Made by a program: the position numbers and the translations under genes. Source: an uncultured Synergistales bacterium (GTDB lineage Bacteria > Synergistota > Synergistia > Synergistales > Aminobacteriaceae). Taken from it: 64,000 nucleotides of DNA. Location: NCBI GenBank assembly GCA_905235395.1, contig CAJOLN010000001.1, positions 567 through 64,566 of the forward strand, written 5' to 3'. The notes under the pieces were generated by a model that saw nothing but the letters and a program-made list of their open reading frames with translations, was not told where the DNA came from and did no database searches. Every line of letters begins with the position of its first letter. Position 1 is the first letter of the stretch. This document shows positions 17,612 through 26,789 of this stretch, in pieces.

Positions 17612-18625
17612 GTGCCATGCGAACATAAAACAGTAGTGTATCTTGGATTGTTTATACGTGTATGGGGACACTTCATTACGGATACTATGAGGTTAATATG
17701 GTTTCTGAAATCAAAATACTTCCGTGAAAATTTTTATGACTGTGAGCTTGTATATCTTCCTGCAAAAAACTTTAAACTTGAGGGCAATTACAGAAGGATG
17801 TTTGAGATACTAGGAGTGAATATCTCAAACATGAAACCAGTTACAAGGCTCACAAAGTATGACAAAGTCATTCTGCCTGACGAATGCTTTTTTATCTCTA
17901 AAGAAGGTATACGTACATTTACTCCCGAGTACATTACATTAATTGATGCCATAAGAAATTATGCTTCTGAACATTCGTATCCATGTCCATCACGTAAAGT
18001 ATATTATTCCTACTCAGGATATAGAAATTGTGTTGCTGTCGGAGAAGATAAACTCGAAAAATATTTTGCGTCCAAAGGCTACACTATCATTCACCCTGAA
18101 AAATTATCACTTGATGAACAGCTTAACCTATTAATCGGGTGTGAGAGCTTTGCATCAACAGTTGGTTCATGTTCTCATAACATGCTGTTTCTGCGTGATG
18201 ATACTGAAGTGATATTGATCCCACGTGCAAATTACCTGGCAAGCTACCAGACCGTGATAGATCAGGTTCACAGAATGAGAATCAACTATGTGGATTCCTC
18301 ATTTTCTATTTTTTCTGGCAAATACCCTTATGCTACTCCTTTTTTATTTTTCATCAGCAGTAATCTCAGAAAATTTTTTCATGATGAGGATACAGAAAGC
18401 ATAGTTGATGTAAAAGATTTCAAAAAATATTTTCGCATATCTTCAGGATGTTCTATGAGCAAGATAGTTGCATATGCAGATAACCCAAACACTTACAGAT
18501 ATTACAGTGTCGTTGCCGCCGATTATTTCAGTAAGCTGTTTGCTTCAATCTGGATCGTAAGACTCAAAAAATGGCTGAAGACAATTCCGGCAATACGAAA
18601 AATCTTTGGGAAGCCACCAAAATAG
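17612..18625 (+). CDS. Glycosyltransferase family 61 (DUF563)-like protein; the start is uncertain because the frame is open from 17324
   Basis: Contains the VWGHFITDTMRLIWFL motif (GT61 GHF signature). It is the only plus-strand gene inside a minus-strand operon. The in-frame upstream 96 codons look coding but lack an ATG, GTG or TTG. Confidence 0.6.
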   Translation: MPCEHKTVVYLGLFIRVWGHFITDTMRLIWFLKSKYFRENFYDCELVYLPAKNFKLEGNYRRMFEILGVNISNMKPVTRLTKYDKVILPDECFFISKEGIRTFTPEYITLIDAIRNYASEHSYPCPSRKVYYSYSGYRNCVAVGEDKLEKYFASKGYTIIHPEKLSLDEQLNLLIGCESFASTVGSCSHNMLFLRDDTEVILIPRANYLASYQTVIDQVHRMRINYVDSSFSIFSGKYPYATPFLFFISSNLRKFFHDEDTESIVDVKDFKKYFRISSGCSMSKIVAYADNPNTYRYYSVVAADYFSKLFASIWIVRLKKWLKTIPAIRKIFGKPPK

Positions 18626-18637
18626 TCTTAATTTATC

Positions 18638-19753
18638 TCATACGGTAATGTCTAATCCTCTGCCCGCAATTAATACATCACGTTCTGTTTCTGGTGCTCG
18701 TCTTGATATTCCGATGAAGCTCACAGGTATTGTTAATCCCTGAAGCTCTTTTCGGAGTTCTCTCCTTCTGCGCTCAAGGATTCTGCATGTCTCTTGCTTC
18801 TCCGCATTCAGTGTAAGGTTACAGCTCTTCCCGTCACTCTCAACTAACCCGCCTACCTCACCAAGTATCGAACCCGTTATCCCAAACCCTACCTGCCAGT
18901 ATCGTTGACCTTCTTCATCATTTGAAGCTGAATGTCCAACATAAACCCTCGCTGTCATGTTCTGTGACGCATTATCCATTAGCGGCCAGAAAGGTGCAGC
19001 AAGTAATGCAGGATTCACTTCATTTCGAGGAGACTTCATTAGAATCGATTGTGCCTGAAGAAATTTCGCAATGTCATCACTGCCTTCTTTCATGTTCTTC
19101 AATGCCTTCACTGGGTCTTCTCCTTTTGATGTCCTCTCTTTGAGTTCTTTGCGAATTCGATTCCAGATTTCAGTCGCCTGATTCCCATTCATGGCCGCAT
19201 ATTGTGATAGCAAACTCGCATTTTCAATCGTCATTGGAACATCACGCGCCCAAAGTTCAATGAATGATGATAATTCACTTTCACCTGAACCAGATTTACG
19301 CCACGCATCTTTAATCGCACTCAACACTTCATCTGATAATGGCAATCCTCGTGCAAGCAATGCAGTCGCAAGTTCACGGTCTCTCGCCGGAATCTGTGAT
19401 AAGAATGACAACTCACCCTGCGATAATCTCAGCACCGGCACTCCGTCAGGCCCAGACGCATCCCACACTGCTCTGAAGTGTTCGCCGGGAATCAATGAGA
19501 GTGTTGCACGTGCTCGAAGTTCTTGAGTCGTCCCATTCACATCAACACGCACAAGATATGTTTCGTCTGAATTCTGCGATAACACACTCCCTTCAACGAC
19601 CATTCCAGTGCGTATTCCCGCAAGACGTGCCGCAATCTGTGAAGGATGTTGTATCTGCGGCTGTGTTGAAATCTGTCCCTGCCTCGCGTTAGTACTTATG
19701 TTCTGCTGGGCCTGGCTGTATCCGTTTTCTATCTGGACGTTAATCGGCGGCAT
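18638..19753 (-). CDS. Hypothetical protein, FliK (hook-length control) C-terminal-domain-like, YlqG-type
   Basis: The N-terminus is Q-rich. The C-terminal segment GSILGEVGGLVESDGKSCNLTLNAEKQETCRILERRRRELRKELQGL fits the Flg_hook pattern. It sits downstream of rnhB, as ylqG does in Bacillus. Confidence 0.4.
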   Translation of the reverse strand: MPPINVQIENGYSQAQQNISTNARQGQISTQPQIQHPSQIAARLAGIRTGMVVEGSVLSQNSDETYLVRVDVNGTTQELRARATLSLIPGEHFRAVWDASGPDGVPVLRLSQGELSFLSQIPARDRELATALLARGLPLSDEVLSAIKDAWRKSGSGESELSSFIELWARDVPMTIENASLLSQYAAMNGNQATEIWNRIRKELKERTSKGEDPVKALKNMKEGSDDIAKFLQAQSILMKSPRNEVNPALLAAPFWPLMDNASQNMTARVYVGHSASNDEEGQRYWQVGFGITGSILGEVGGLVESDGKSCNLTLNAEKQETCRILERRRRELRKELQGLTIPVSFIGISRRAPETERDVLIAGRGLDITV

Positions 19754-20453
19754 TTATGTTTTCACTCCTCCTGTACTGCAATAGTTTCCGGCAGAATGAT
19801 TCTCGGTGTATTTCCGTTATCCCTATATCCCTTATCGTTTCCATGTGCTGCATAGTCGGATAGCCTTTGTTCCGTTTGAAGTTGTAGCCGGGATATTTCA
19901 CATCAAGTTTCATCATGAGCCTGTCTCGAAGCACTTTCGCTATCACTGATGCCGCTGATACTGACGGAATGAATTTATCTGCCTGTATCAGTACCCATTG
20001 AGGATATTTCAGGTCAGGGATTCTTTCATTGCCGTCTACTATCACACATGCAGGTTCATTCTCAAGAGCACGTGATAATCTCTCTACACACATCTTCATT
20101 GTCCATAGTGAAGCCCAAAGAACATTATCGCGCTCTATCCTCTCAATACTTCCCATGTACGCACGCCACTTTATACCCATATCATTCATTGCTGTAAATA
20201 ATTTCTCGCGGTTCAATGGTGTCATCAGCTTTGAGTCACGGAGCTTCATTGAGAGTAATTCATGTTCCTGTTCGGGAGTGAGATATACTGCCGCCGCAAC
20301 TACAGGCCCGGCTAATGCTCCTCTTCCTGCTTCATCTGTGCCGATTATGATTCCTCGTTCCCGAAGACGTTTCATTAATCCGTCTGATTCTTCATGAGAT
20401 TCAACGCGAGGTGTCAGAATCAAATCATCAGTCAATGTTAGCTGCCTCATCAT
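19740..20453 (-). CDS. rnhB: Ribonuclease HII
   Basis: GTDEAGRGALAGPVV catalytic motif. The ORF is open to 20552, but a start at Met34/35 (20453/20450) fits the rbgA stop at 20428 better. Confidence 0.85.
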   Translation of the reverse strand: MMRQLTLTDDLILTPRVESHEESDGLMKRLRERGIIIGTDEAGRGALAGPVVAAAVYLTPEQEHELLSMKLRDSKLMTPLNREKLFTAMNDMGIKWRAYMGSIERIERDNVLWASLWTMKMCVERLSRALENEPACVIVDGNERIPDLKYPQWVLIQADKFIPSVSAASVIAKVLRDRLMMKLDVKYPGYNFKRNKGYPTMQHMETIRDIGITEIHRESFCRKLLQYRRSENINAAD

Positions 20454-21267
20454 GAAAATCAATCGCTCGTCCTTCATCTGGAACTTCAAGACACACTTGG
20501 CCAAGTCTGCCGGAACTGAATGCCTCAATGAATTTCTGTCCTGCAAGTTCAAAATTCACTCTGCCTCCTGAAATCAGACAGCCGTATTTTTTCCCTATTC
20601 TCTCAAGCGTAGTCTGCGGTGCTTCATCTTCTTCATGTTCAACAGGAATATATGTATCAAGATTCTTTGCGTTCAGGAATCGAATCAAACTCACTGATGC
20701 ATTTTCCCAGCCTCCTACAACATCTGCCTTCGCACACCCAAGCCACGAAAGCATAAGATGTGCTCCTTCTTCAGCATGAGGGTCTAATATGCCTGGTGAA
20801 TCTACGATAAGCATTCCGTCATTACGATACCAGCTTACAGATTTCGTTATGCCCGGTATGTTTCCGACTGACGCATTCGATTTCGATATTAGAGAGTTAA
20901 GCAGAAGAGATTTTCCTACGTTTGGTATTCCCACAACTGCGAGTCTGACTTCTCTATGTGAAGGTTTGAACTTCATGATTGCCTTGCGGATATTCGCTAC
21001 TCCATTCTGTTTGCGTAAGTCTGCCGCGTATGTGTGCTTTAATTTTTGAAGCCAGAGTTTTAATTTTTCAGTGTCAGCTAAATCTTTGCGTGATAAAACG
21101 TGAATGACGGGTTTAATTTTCTCAAGTGATTTAATGAGAGGTGATGATGTTGACGAAGGTGCGCGTGAATCTCTGACTTCGACAACAACATCAAGTTTTG
21201 ATACAAGCTCATATAACTTTCTCGTTCCCTTTGCCATGTGGCCGGGATACCAAACTGTTCTCGGCAC
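20428..21267 (-). CDS. rbgA: Ribosome biogenesis GTPase A (YlqF/RbgA)
   Basis: WYPGHMAKG start and circularly permuted GTPase motifs (LSRKD then GIPNVGKS). Confidence 0.9.
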   Translation of the reverse strand: MPRTVWYPGHMAKGTRKLYELVSKLDVVVEVRDSRAPSSTSSPLIKSLEKIKPVIHVLSRKDLADTEKLKLWLQKLKHTYAADLRKQNGVANIRKAIMKFKPSHREVRLAVVGIPNVGKSLLLNSLISKSNASVGNIPGITKSVSWYRNDGMLIVDSPGILDPHAEEGAHLMLSWLGCAKADVVGGWENASVSLIRFLNAKNLDTYIPVEHEEDEAPQTTLERIGKKYGCLISGGRVNFELAGQKFIEAFSSGRLGQVCLEVPDEGRAIDFHDEAANID

Positions 21268-21274
21268 GGTCTCA

Positions 21275-21820
21275 CTACTTCGGGATTCCGATTCTGTTCA
21301 GCGGCCAGTAACGGAAGAATACAGGCCCTCTCATGTCTTTAAGTTCCGCATAACCCCAATATCTGCTGTCCTGTGAATTTGAACGGTTATCGCCAAGCAT
21401 GAAATATTTTTTTTCGGGAACTTTGAACGGAACTTCAGGAAAGAATCTGTTTGCTCTCATCGTATATCTGTCATGATGTGTAACATAATCTTCCTGTATT
21501 GGCTTCCCATTGATATATACTACTCCGTCTTTCATGTCTACAATGTCTCCTGGTACAGCGATAACTCTCTTCACAAAATCTCTGTCAGGATCCATTGGAT
21601 ATTTGAACACATATAATGAACCTCTTGAAGGCTCAAAGAACCAGTTCCAGAATTTAGCGACAAGTACACGGTCATTCACTTCTAATGTAGGAATCATTGA
21701 ACCGCTTGGTATCCAGAATGCCTGAACTATGAACGTGCGAATTATCATCGCGAGAACAAATGCCCATACGATTGTTTCAATTGTCTCGCGCCACCATGGT
21801 TTTACGGCCTCAGCTGCCAT
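21275..21820 (-). CDS. lepB: Signal peptidase I
   Basis: IPSGSMIPTL (Ser box), VKRVIAVPGD (Lys box) and GDNRSNSQDSRYWG motifs. Confidence 0.9.
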   Translation of the reverse strand: MAAEAVKPWWRETIETIVWAFVLAMIIRTFIVQAFWIPSGSMIPTLEVNDRVLVAKFWNWFFEPSRGSLYVFKYPMDPDRDFVKRVIAVPGDIVDMKDGVVYINGKPIQEDYVTHHDRYTMRANRFFPEVPFKVPEKKYFMLGDNRSNSQDSRYWGYAELKDMRGPVFFRYWPLNRIGIPK

Positions 21821-21902
21821 TTATATTTTTTCCCTCCGTTTTTGCAGTCTCTTGTTCTTTTTTTCAAATCATAACGCCTAACACTTTTTCAGGCAATCTT
21901 TA

Positions 21903-22778
21903 CTACCTTGTGTTCGCCTTTCTATATGTTCCGTCTGGATTGTATATGTATGTCTCTGCACGTCTGGAATTCGGATTCACTATGCCTAAGTCTTTGCCAT
22001 TCAGAATTACCTGTGCTGCCGTTGGTCTTCCGAATGAAACTCTAGCCGGTGCAGTCAAATCCCATTTCATCATTTCACCGCGTTTGAGTGTCCTTCTGTA
22101 AATTGGCTGTGCATTTCCAAAAGCTACACTCAGCCACACATCATTGACCGCATGAATCTCAAGTGAAGGCGTTGGTTCAGGTTCAGGTTCTTCTGATACA
22201 ACCTCATCAACGGAAACAGGAGTACCAATATCTTCACTCGCAATAACAATTTCATCTGACGAAATATTTCCTGATGTCATTGGGCCGCCTGCTCCACTGA
22301 AATTAAAGAGTTTCATGTTCTTCAGGTCTAATCCTCCGTATGTTACTGCATACCAGACGTAAGCAGCAGTTCCTACAAGAGCAGCAACAAGCACAAGGAA
22401 CAGCCAGAAGTGCGAGGCAGGTTTGAATCCTTTCGGCATAGTTGAGCCGCTTCCTAAAATATTATTCTTTCTCTTTGCTGTCTTATCACTTTTATGTTCG
22501 TGATTGTCTGACTTCCTTGTTCCCTGTGTCCTGTCAAGCTGAGTCATGAACTCTTCCTGCAAGTCTTCTGCTCCGATTAATTTCAGATATGTACGGATAA
22601 ATCCCTTGATGTAAACCATTTCAGGAAATCCTGTGTAATCTCCTTCTTCAATGCCGCGAAGATATTCAGGCCGTATTTTCGTTCTGTCAAATACAGTCTC
22701 AAGTGTCATTCCTATACTCTCGCGTCTCTCTGAAGCCTGCTTCCCTAATTCTTTGAGCGCATTATCTCGTTCCGTCAA
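21903..22778 (-). CDS. RodZ-like HTH membrane protein (DUF4115 C-terminus)
   Basis: N-terminal HTH with IRPEYLRGIEEGDY, a central TM helix, and a C-terminal beta domain. Confidence 0.65.
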   Translation of the reverse strand: MTERDNALKELGKQASERRESIGMTLETVFDRTKIRPEYLRGIEEGDYTGFPEMVYIKGFIRTYLKLIGAEDLQEEFMTQLDRTQGTRKSDNHEHKSDKTAKRKNNILGSGSTMPKGFKPASHFWLFLVLVAALVGTAAYVWYAVTYGGLDLKNMKLFNFSGAGGPMTSGNISSDEIVIASEDIGTPVSVDEVVSEEPEPEPTPSLEIHAVNDVWLSVAFGNAQPIYRRTLKRGEMMKWDLTAPARVSFGRPTAAQVILNGKDLGIVNPNSRRAETYIYNPDGTYRKANTR

Positions 22779-23457
22779 TGTTACTTAATGCCTCCTTCAT
22801 TTTTCCTTTCACTGACTTCAGCCATTCATCTGGTCTGTCATTATTGAACACTGCACTGCCTGCCACAATCACATCACAGCCAGCTAATGCAGCCTTCGTA
22901 ATGTTATTCTCATTTATGCCTCCGTCAATCTCTATCACGTATTCATGTTTATATGCCTCTCTGAGACTCACAAGCTCACGTACTTTATCTAATGAACTCT
23001 CAATGAATTTCTGACCTCCAAAGCCAGGTGTAACTGACATCACAAGAACCAGATCTGCAAGTTCAAGAACAGGTTTTATGCTCGCGGCCTGTGTCGGAGG
23101 ACATAAAGATATTCCCGTTTTAATTCCTGCGTCCTTAATACGGCTCAGTGACGCGTGAAGCAAATGTGATTCTGTCTCCGCATGAATCGTTATGAGTGAT
23201 ACTCCCGCCTTCATGAACAATGGAAGAATAACATCAAGCTCATCAATCATAAGGTGAGTATCAATGAATGCATCAGGATAACGTTTCCTTAATGCACGTG
23301 CGAATTCCGGCCCGAAAGATAAATTTTTCACAAAATGACCGTCCATTATGTCGAGATGTAACCAGTCGTAATTATTTCTGAGCGATTCAATTGAGCCTGA
23401 GATGTTAAGAGGATCTGCCCCTAAAAGTGACGGAGCTAACAAAACATTTCTTGTCAT
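22762..23457 (-). CDS. rpe: Ribulose-phosphate 3-epimerase
   Basis: APSLLGAD, HLDIMDGHFV and VMSVTPGFGGQKF motifs. Confidence 0.9.
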   Translation of the reverse strand: MTRNVLLAPSLLGADPLNISGSIESLRNNYDWLHLDIMDGHFVKNLSFGPEFARALRKRYPDAFIDTHLMIDELDVILPLFMKAGVSLITIHAETESHLLHASLSRIKDAGIKTGISLCPPTQAASIKPVLELADLVLVMSVTPGFGGQKFIESSLDKVRELVSLREAYKHEYVIEIDGGINENNITKAALAGCDVIVAGSAVFNNDRPDEWLKSVKGKMKEALSNIDGTR

Positions 23458-23463
23458 TATTCT

Positions 23464-24708
23464 CTACCTGTACCTTTCCTGCCATACCTGCTGGCCGCCT
23501 AAATATATCGTTACAACGCATTCATTAGAATAGCCTGATGATGCGCTTACATTCTCTCCGCTCTTGACCTGCTTGTCCATTACTGTACGTTTGCCTGATG
23601 GATCTGTAATTTCAATTTTCAAATTCATCGGCTGTGCTATGGGCGGCACTACGTAACGAATTCTTGCGGTCTTGTTTCCTCCTGATGAAGCTGGCTGTGA
23701 TGATGCTGGTGCTGTTGTTGGTTTTGCTGTTTGCGAAGCCGTCTGCGGTCTTGATGATGATGTGCTGGTTTTGGGTGCAAGTGATCCTTCGTAATCATCA
23801 CCAATGAAAACGTCTTCTTGTCCCTTCACTGATACCGTAACATTTCGGTTTGAAGTCTGAGTTTGTGGTTTCGGCTGTGTCTTTGCAGTTGTAGTTGATG
23901 ATTCTTTGGGCTTATCTTCATTCGTAGTTACGCGTCTGACATTCTGATTCGATTTCCCGTCCATGAATCCCGCCGGCCTTCTCTGTGTTGCAAGTTTCAG
24001 AATCACTCCCTCTCCTGCTCTCAATCTGCTTCCTGCCGCTGGTCTCGTTTCAATCGCAAGTCCCTCTGGCAATAACGGACTGTATACTTTATCAACCGCC
24101 TGAACTTTCACTCCGCTGGTCTCAAGTACATTACGTGCTTCTGATTCCGTCATTCGATTCACATCAGGCACAACTACACTTCCGTCTGAGGCTGCACCGT
24201 CCTGAACGAGCAAATCAATTTTTCTGCCTGCATTCACTTCTGCGGGTGAGGCAGGGCTTTGTGCAATTACAATTCCTGCTTCAAATCCTGATTCACGAAT
24301 CTTTATCACATCTCCAAGTGCAAATCCGTTATCTCGTATTATTTTTTGTGCATTCGCAAGTGTCTTACCTTTCACATCAGGGACTTCATGAAGTTCTCCG
24401 TTCCTCGATACCTGAATTACTATCACCTGACCTTTTCGTAATTCCGTTCCTGATTCTGGTGACTGCGCTAACACTTTTCCCTCCGGCATTGTCGATGCAA
24501 CATTCTCAAGCTGAACAACAAGGCCAAGTTTTTCTGCCTCAGATACTGCTTCAACAACTGACTTGCCAGTTAAGGCCGGAACCTGCGACCTCTTTTCCGG
24601 TTTTATGAATACCGTGTACACTGCTATTGCCCCTGACATGAATATCAATGCTACGGCCATGAATACAAGCCAAAGTACTATTCCTCCTTTTTGTTTTCTC
24701 ATTCTCAC
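23464..24708 (-). CDS. Membrane-anchored PASTA-repeat protein without a kinase domain
   Basis: Has an N-terminal TM helix and three PASTA-like repeats (VPALTGKSVVEA, VPDVKGKTLANA, VPDVNRMTESEA). A T/S/P/Q-rich linker and a C-terminal beta domain follow. No Ser/Thr kinase motifs are present. Confidence 0.75.
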   Translation of the reverse strand: MRMRKQKGGIVLWLVFMAVALIFMSGAIAVYTVFIKPEKRSQVPALTGKSVVEAVSEAEKLGLVVQLENVASTMPEGKVLAQSPESGTELRKGQVIVIQVSRNGELHEVPDVKGKTLANAQKIIRDNGFALGDVIKIRESGFEAGIVIAQSPASPAEVNAGRKIDLLVQDGAASDGSVVVPDVNRMTESEARNVLETSGVKVQAVDKVYSPLLPEGLAIETRPAAGSRLRAGEGVILKLATQRRPAGFMDGKSNQNVRRVTTNEDKPKESSTTTAKTQPKPQTQTSNRNVTVSVKGQEDVFIGDDYEGSLAPKTSTSSSRPQTASQTAKPTTAPASSQPASSGGNKTARIRYVVPPIAQPMNLKIEITDPSGKRTVMDKQVKSGENVSASSGYSNECVVTIYLGGQQVWQERYR

Positions 24709-24717
24709 CCCTCCATA

Positions 24718-26046
24718 TTATTTTTTCATTATTAACGAGCAATAGAAACCATCAAGCCATGAGTTACACGACATGATATACAGCCCGTAAGGTTTTCCAC
24801 GTCTGAATGCTTTTCCCTTAACGTCAATCAAATTCGAGACCTCTATACATTCAGAATGATTCAATATTACATCTGCAATTACGTTTTCATTCTCCTGCTT
24901 CAGCAAACTGCACGTGATATATAGAACATGGCCTCCTGATTCACTAAGACTAACTGCACGTTCAAGAAGTTTCTTCTGCGAATCAACAAGCGAATCTAAT
25001 TTCCTCCAGTTCAAACGCCATTTCGATTCGGGCTTGCGATTCCATGTGCCTGAACCCGAACACGGAGCATCAAGCATAATGAATGAAGGCGATTCATCAG
25101 GCTCAAGTGTAAGTGCATCTCCTGTTTTAAGTTTTGCACGCTCAATCACTTTCAGACGTTCAAGTTCACGTTCTGCACTCTTGCTTCTGTTCTCTGAAAT
25201 CTCCCAGCATTCCAGATTTGCTGATTCATTTTCCTGAAGTAACTGGCCTGCCTTCACTCCTCTTCCTGAACACATATCGAGAATCATTCCATGACCAGAA
25301 TAAAATTTTTTCACGAATGACGCAGCTATGATTGAACTCTCTGACTGCACCGTACATTTTCCCTCGCTGAATCCCGGAACACTCACGGGAAGTATGCTTT
25401 GATTAAGCCGCAATGCATGCGATATATCAGAAGGGTATGCATGTATGTCTGACTCATTCAAAATTTTCATCATCTCGTCTGTATGCCCCGTTGAAACTCT
25501 CAGTGATGTATACGTTGGTTGATTCATCGTGTCAAAAATTTCCTGAAGTTCTGGTTTGCTCCACGTCTTCAGCCATGCAGGCAATGACCACACAGGAACT
25601 CCTGCGTATAATGCTCTCTCTTCTGTCAGAGATGAATTCTTAATGCGATTCAGAATCTCCTCGCTGTTCTCTGAGACTTTGCGCAAAACTGCATTCACCA
25701 TACCTGCATACTTGATGAGTGATTTATTCTTCCTGAGCTGCTCTACTATTCCGTTGATTAATACTCCCTCCGAAAATCTGCGAAGCTCAATTAATCCTCC
25801 TGTTCCCATTATCATGCTCATGTATACTCGTTCAGGCAGCTGCTCCTGTGCACGAATGAACCTGCCTGCAATTTTCTGCCAGAGTTCCTTACGCCTCATC
25901 ACGATGTATATCAATGATGACGCAAGTGTTATATCCGGAGCTTTCATGCGTTCACGGTCTGCGAGTTTTCGGAGTGATTCTGAAGCAAAAGGGCCGTTAT
26001 TCTCTCCTGACGTTAATATTTTCAGTGCAGCTTCTATTCCCCGCAA
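24718..26046 (-). CDS. rsmB: 16S rRNA (cytosine967-C5)-methyltransferase RsmB
   Basis: 442 aa with an NusB-like N-terminus and the SAM methyltransferase motifs DMCSGRGVK and MLDAPCSGSGTW. Confidence 0.85.
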   Translation of the reverse strand: MRGIEAALKILTSGENNGPFASESLRKLADRERMKAPDITLASSLIYIVMRRKELWQKIAGRFIRAQEQLPERVYMSMIMGTGGLIELRRFSEGVLINGIVEQLRKNKSLIKYAGMVNAVLRKVSENSEEILNRIKNSSLTEERALYAGVPVWSLPAWLKTWSKPELQEIFDTMNQPTYTSLRVSTGHTDEMMKILNESDIHAYPSDISHALRLNQSILPVSVPGFSEGKCTVQSESSIIAASFVKKFYSGHGMILDMCSGRGVKAGQLLQENESANLECWEISENRSKSAERELERLKVIERAKLKTGDALTLEPDESPSFIMLDAPCSGSGTWNRKPESKWRLNWRKLDSLVDSQKKLLERAVSLSESGGHVLYITCSLLKQENENVIADVILNHSECIEVSNLIDVKGKAFRRGKPYGLYIMSCNSWLDGFYCSLIMKK

Positions 26047-26050
26047 TTAA

Positions 26051-26740
26051 TCAACGCCTCCGAGACCTGCTGATTAAGATTAAACGCAGTAACTGAAGCA
26101 CTGCCATTAATGCCGAAGCTATATATGTCCATGCCGCCGCCGTTAATACTTTCTTTGCTCCTGATAATTCATCGGGTGCTAATGTGTGTGTCTGTTCGAG
26201 AAGAGCTAATGCCCTTGAACTTGCGTTTATCTCAACAGGAAGCGTAATTAGATGAAACACTAATGCACCTGCGAATAATATTATTCCCAGATTAACGAGC
26301 ATTCCGTTTCCCATAAGAAGACCGATGAAGAATAACGGCATTGATGCAGTCGAACATACATTGACGGCAGGAACAATCCCATTCCGAAGCATAAGAGGCG
26401 CATATGATTCGTGATGTTGAATCGCATGACCTACTTCATGTGCCGCTACTCCTATTGAGGCTATGCTCCTGTTGCCGTAAACTCCGTCTGAGAGATTCAG
26501 TGTTCGGTTTCGCGGATCATAATGGTCTGTGAGATTCCCTGATACATGATTTATGGGCATGTTCGACATTCCGTAGAGCGTTAAGAGCATTCGTGCTACA
26601 CTGTCCGCTGTAACGTTTCCTCTTGCGGCTATCCTGCTGTACTCATTGAACGTTGACTGCACTTTTGACTGTGCCCACATTGATAATAAAACTGCCGGAA
26701 TTAAGATTATCATCGTAGGGTCTAAAGCGTAACCTAACAT
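26051..26740 (-). CDS. Zinc metallopeptidase, YugP-like
   Basis: The start was moved to the internal ATG preceded by AGGAGG. Shows the TDHYDPRNRTLNLS and GVAAHEVGHAIQH (HExxH) motifs. Confidence 0.8.
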   Translation of the reverse strand: MLGYALDPTMIILIPAVLLSMWAQSKVQSTFNEYSRIAARGNVTADSVARMLLTLYGMSNMPINHVSGNLTDHYDPRNRTLNLSDGVYGNRSIASIGVAAHEVGHAIQHHESYAPLMLRNGIVPAVNVCSTASMPLFFIGLLMGNGMLVNLGIILFAGALVFHLITLPVEINASSRALALLEQTHTLAPDELSGAKKVLTAAAWTYIASALMAVLQLLRLILISRSRRR

Positions 26741-26789
26741 ATTATTTCCTCCTGTAATGTGAAAATTCAATATAGTATAACAAACACAT

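Noticed and set aside
23985-24608. 207-aa plus-strand ORF
   Set aside because: It is antisense to the PASTA-repeat gene. Its low-complexity L/S/Q-rich translation is typical of shadow ORFs.
25556-26050. 164-aa plus-strand ORF
   Set aside because: It is entirely antisense to rsmB, which has clear methyltransferase motifs. No independent support was found.
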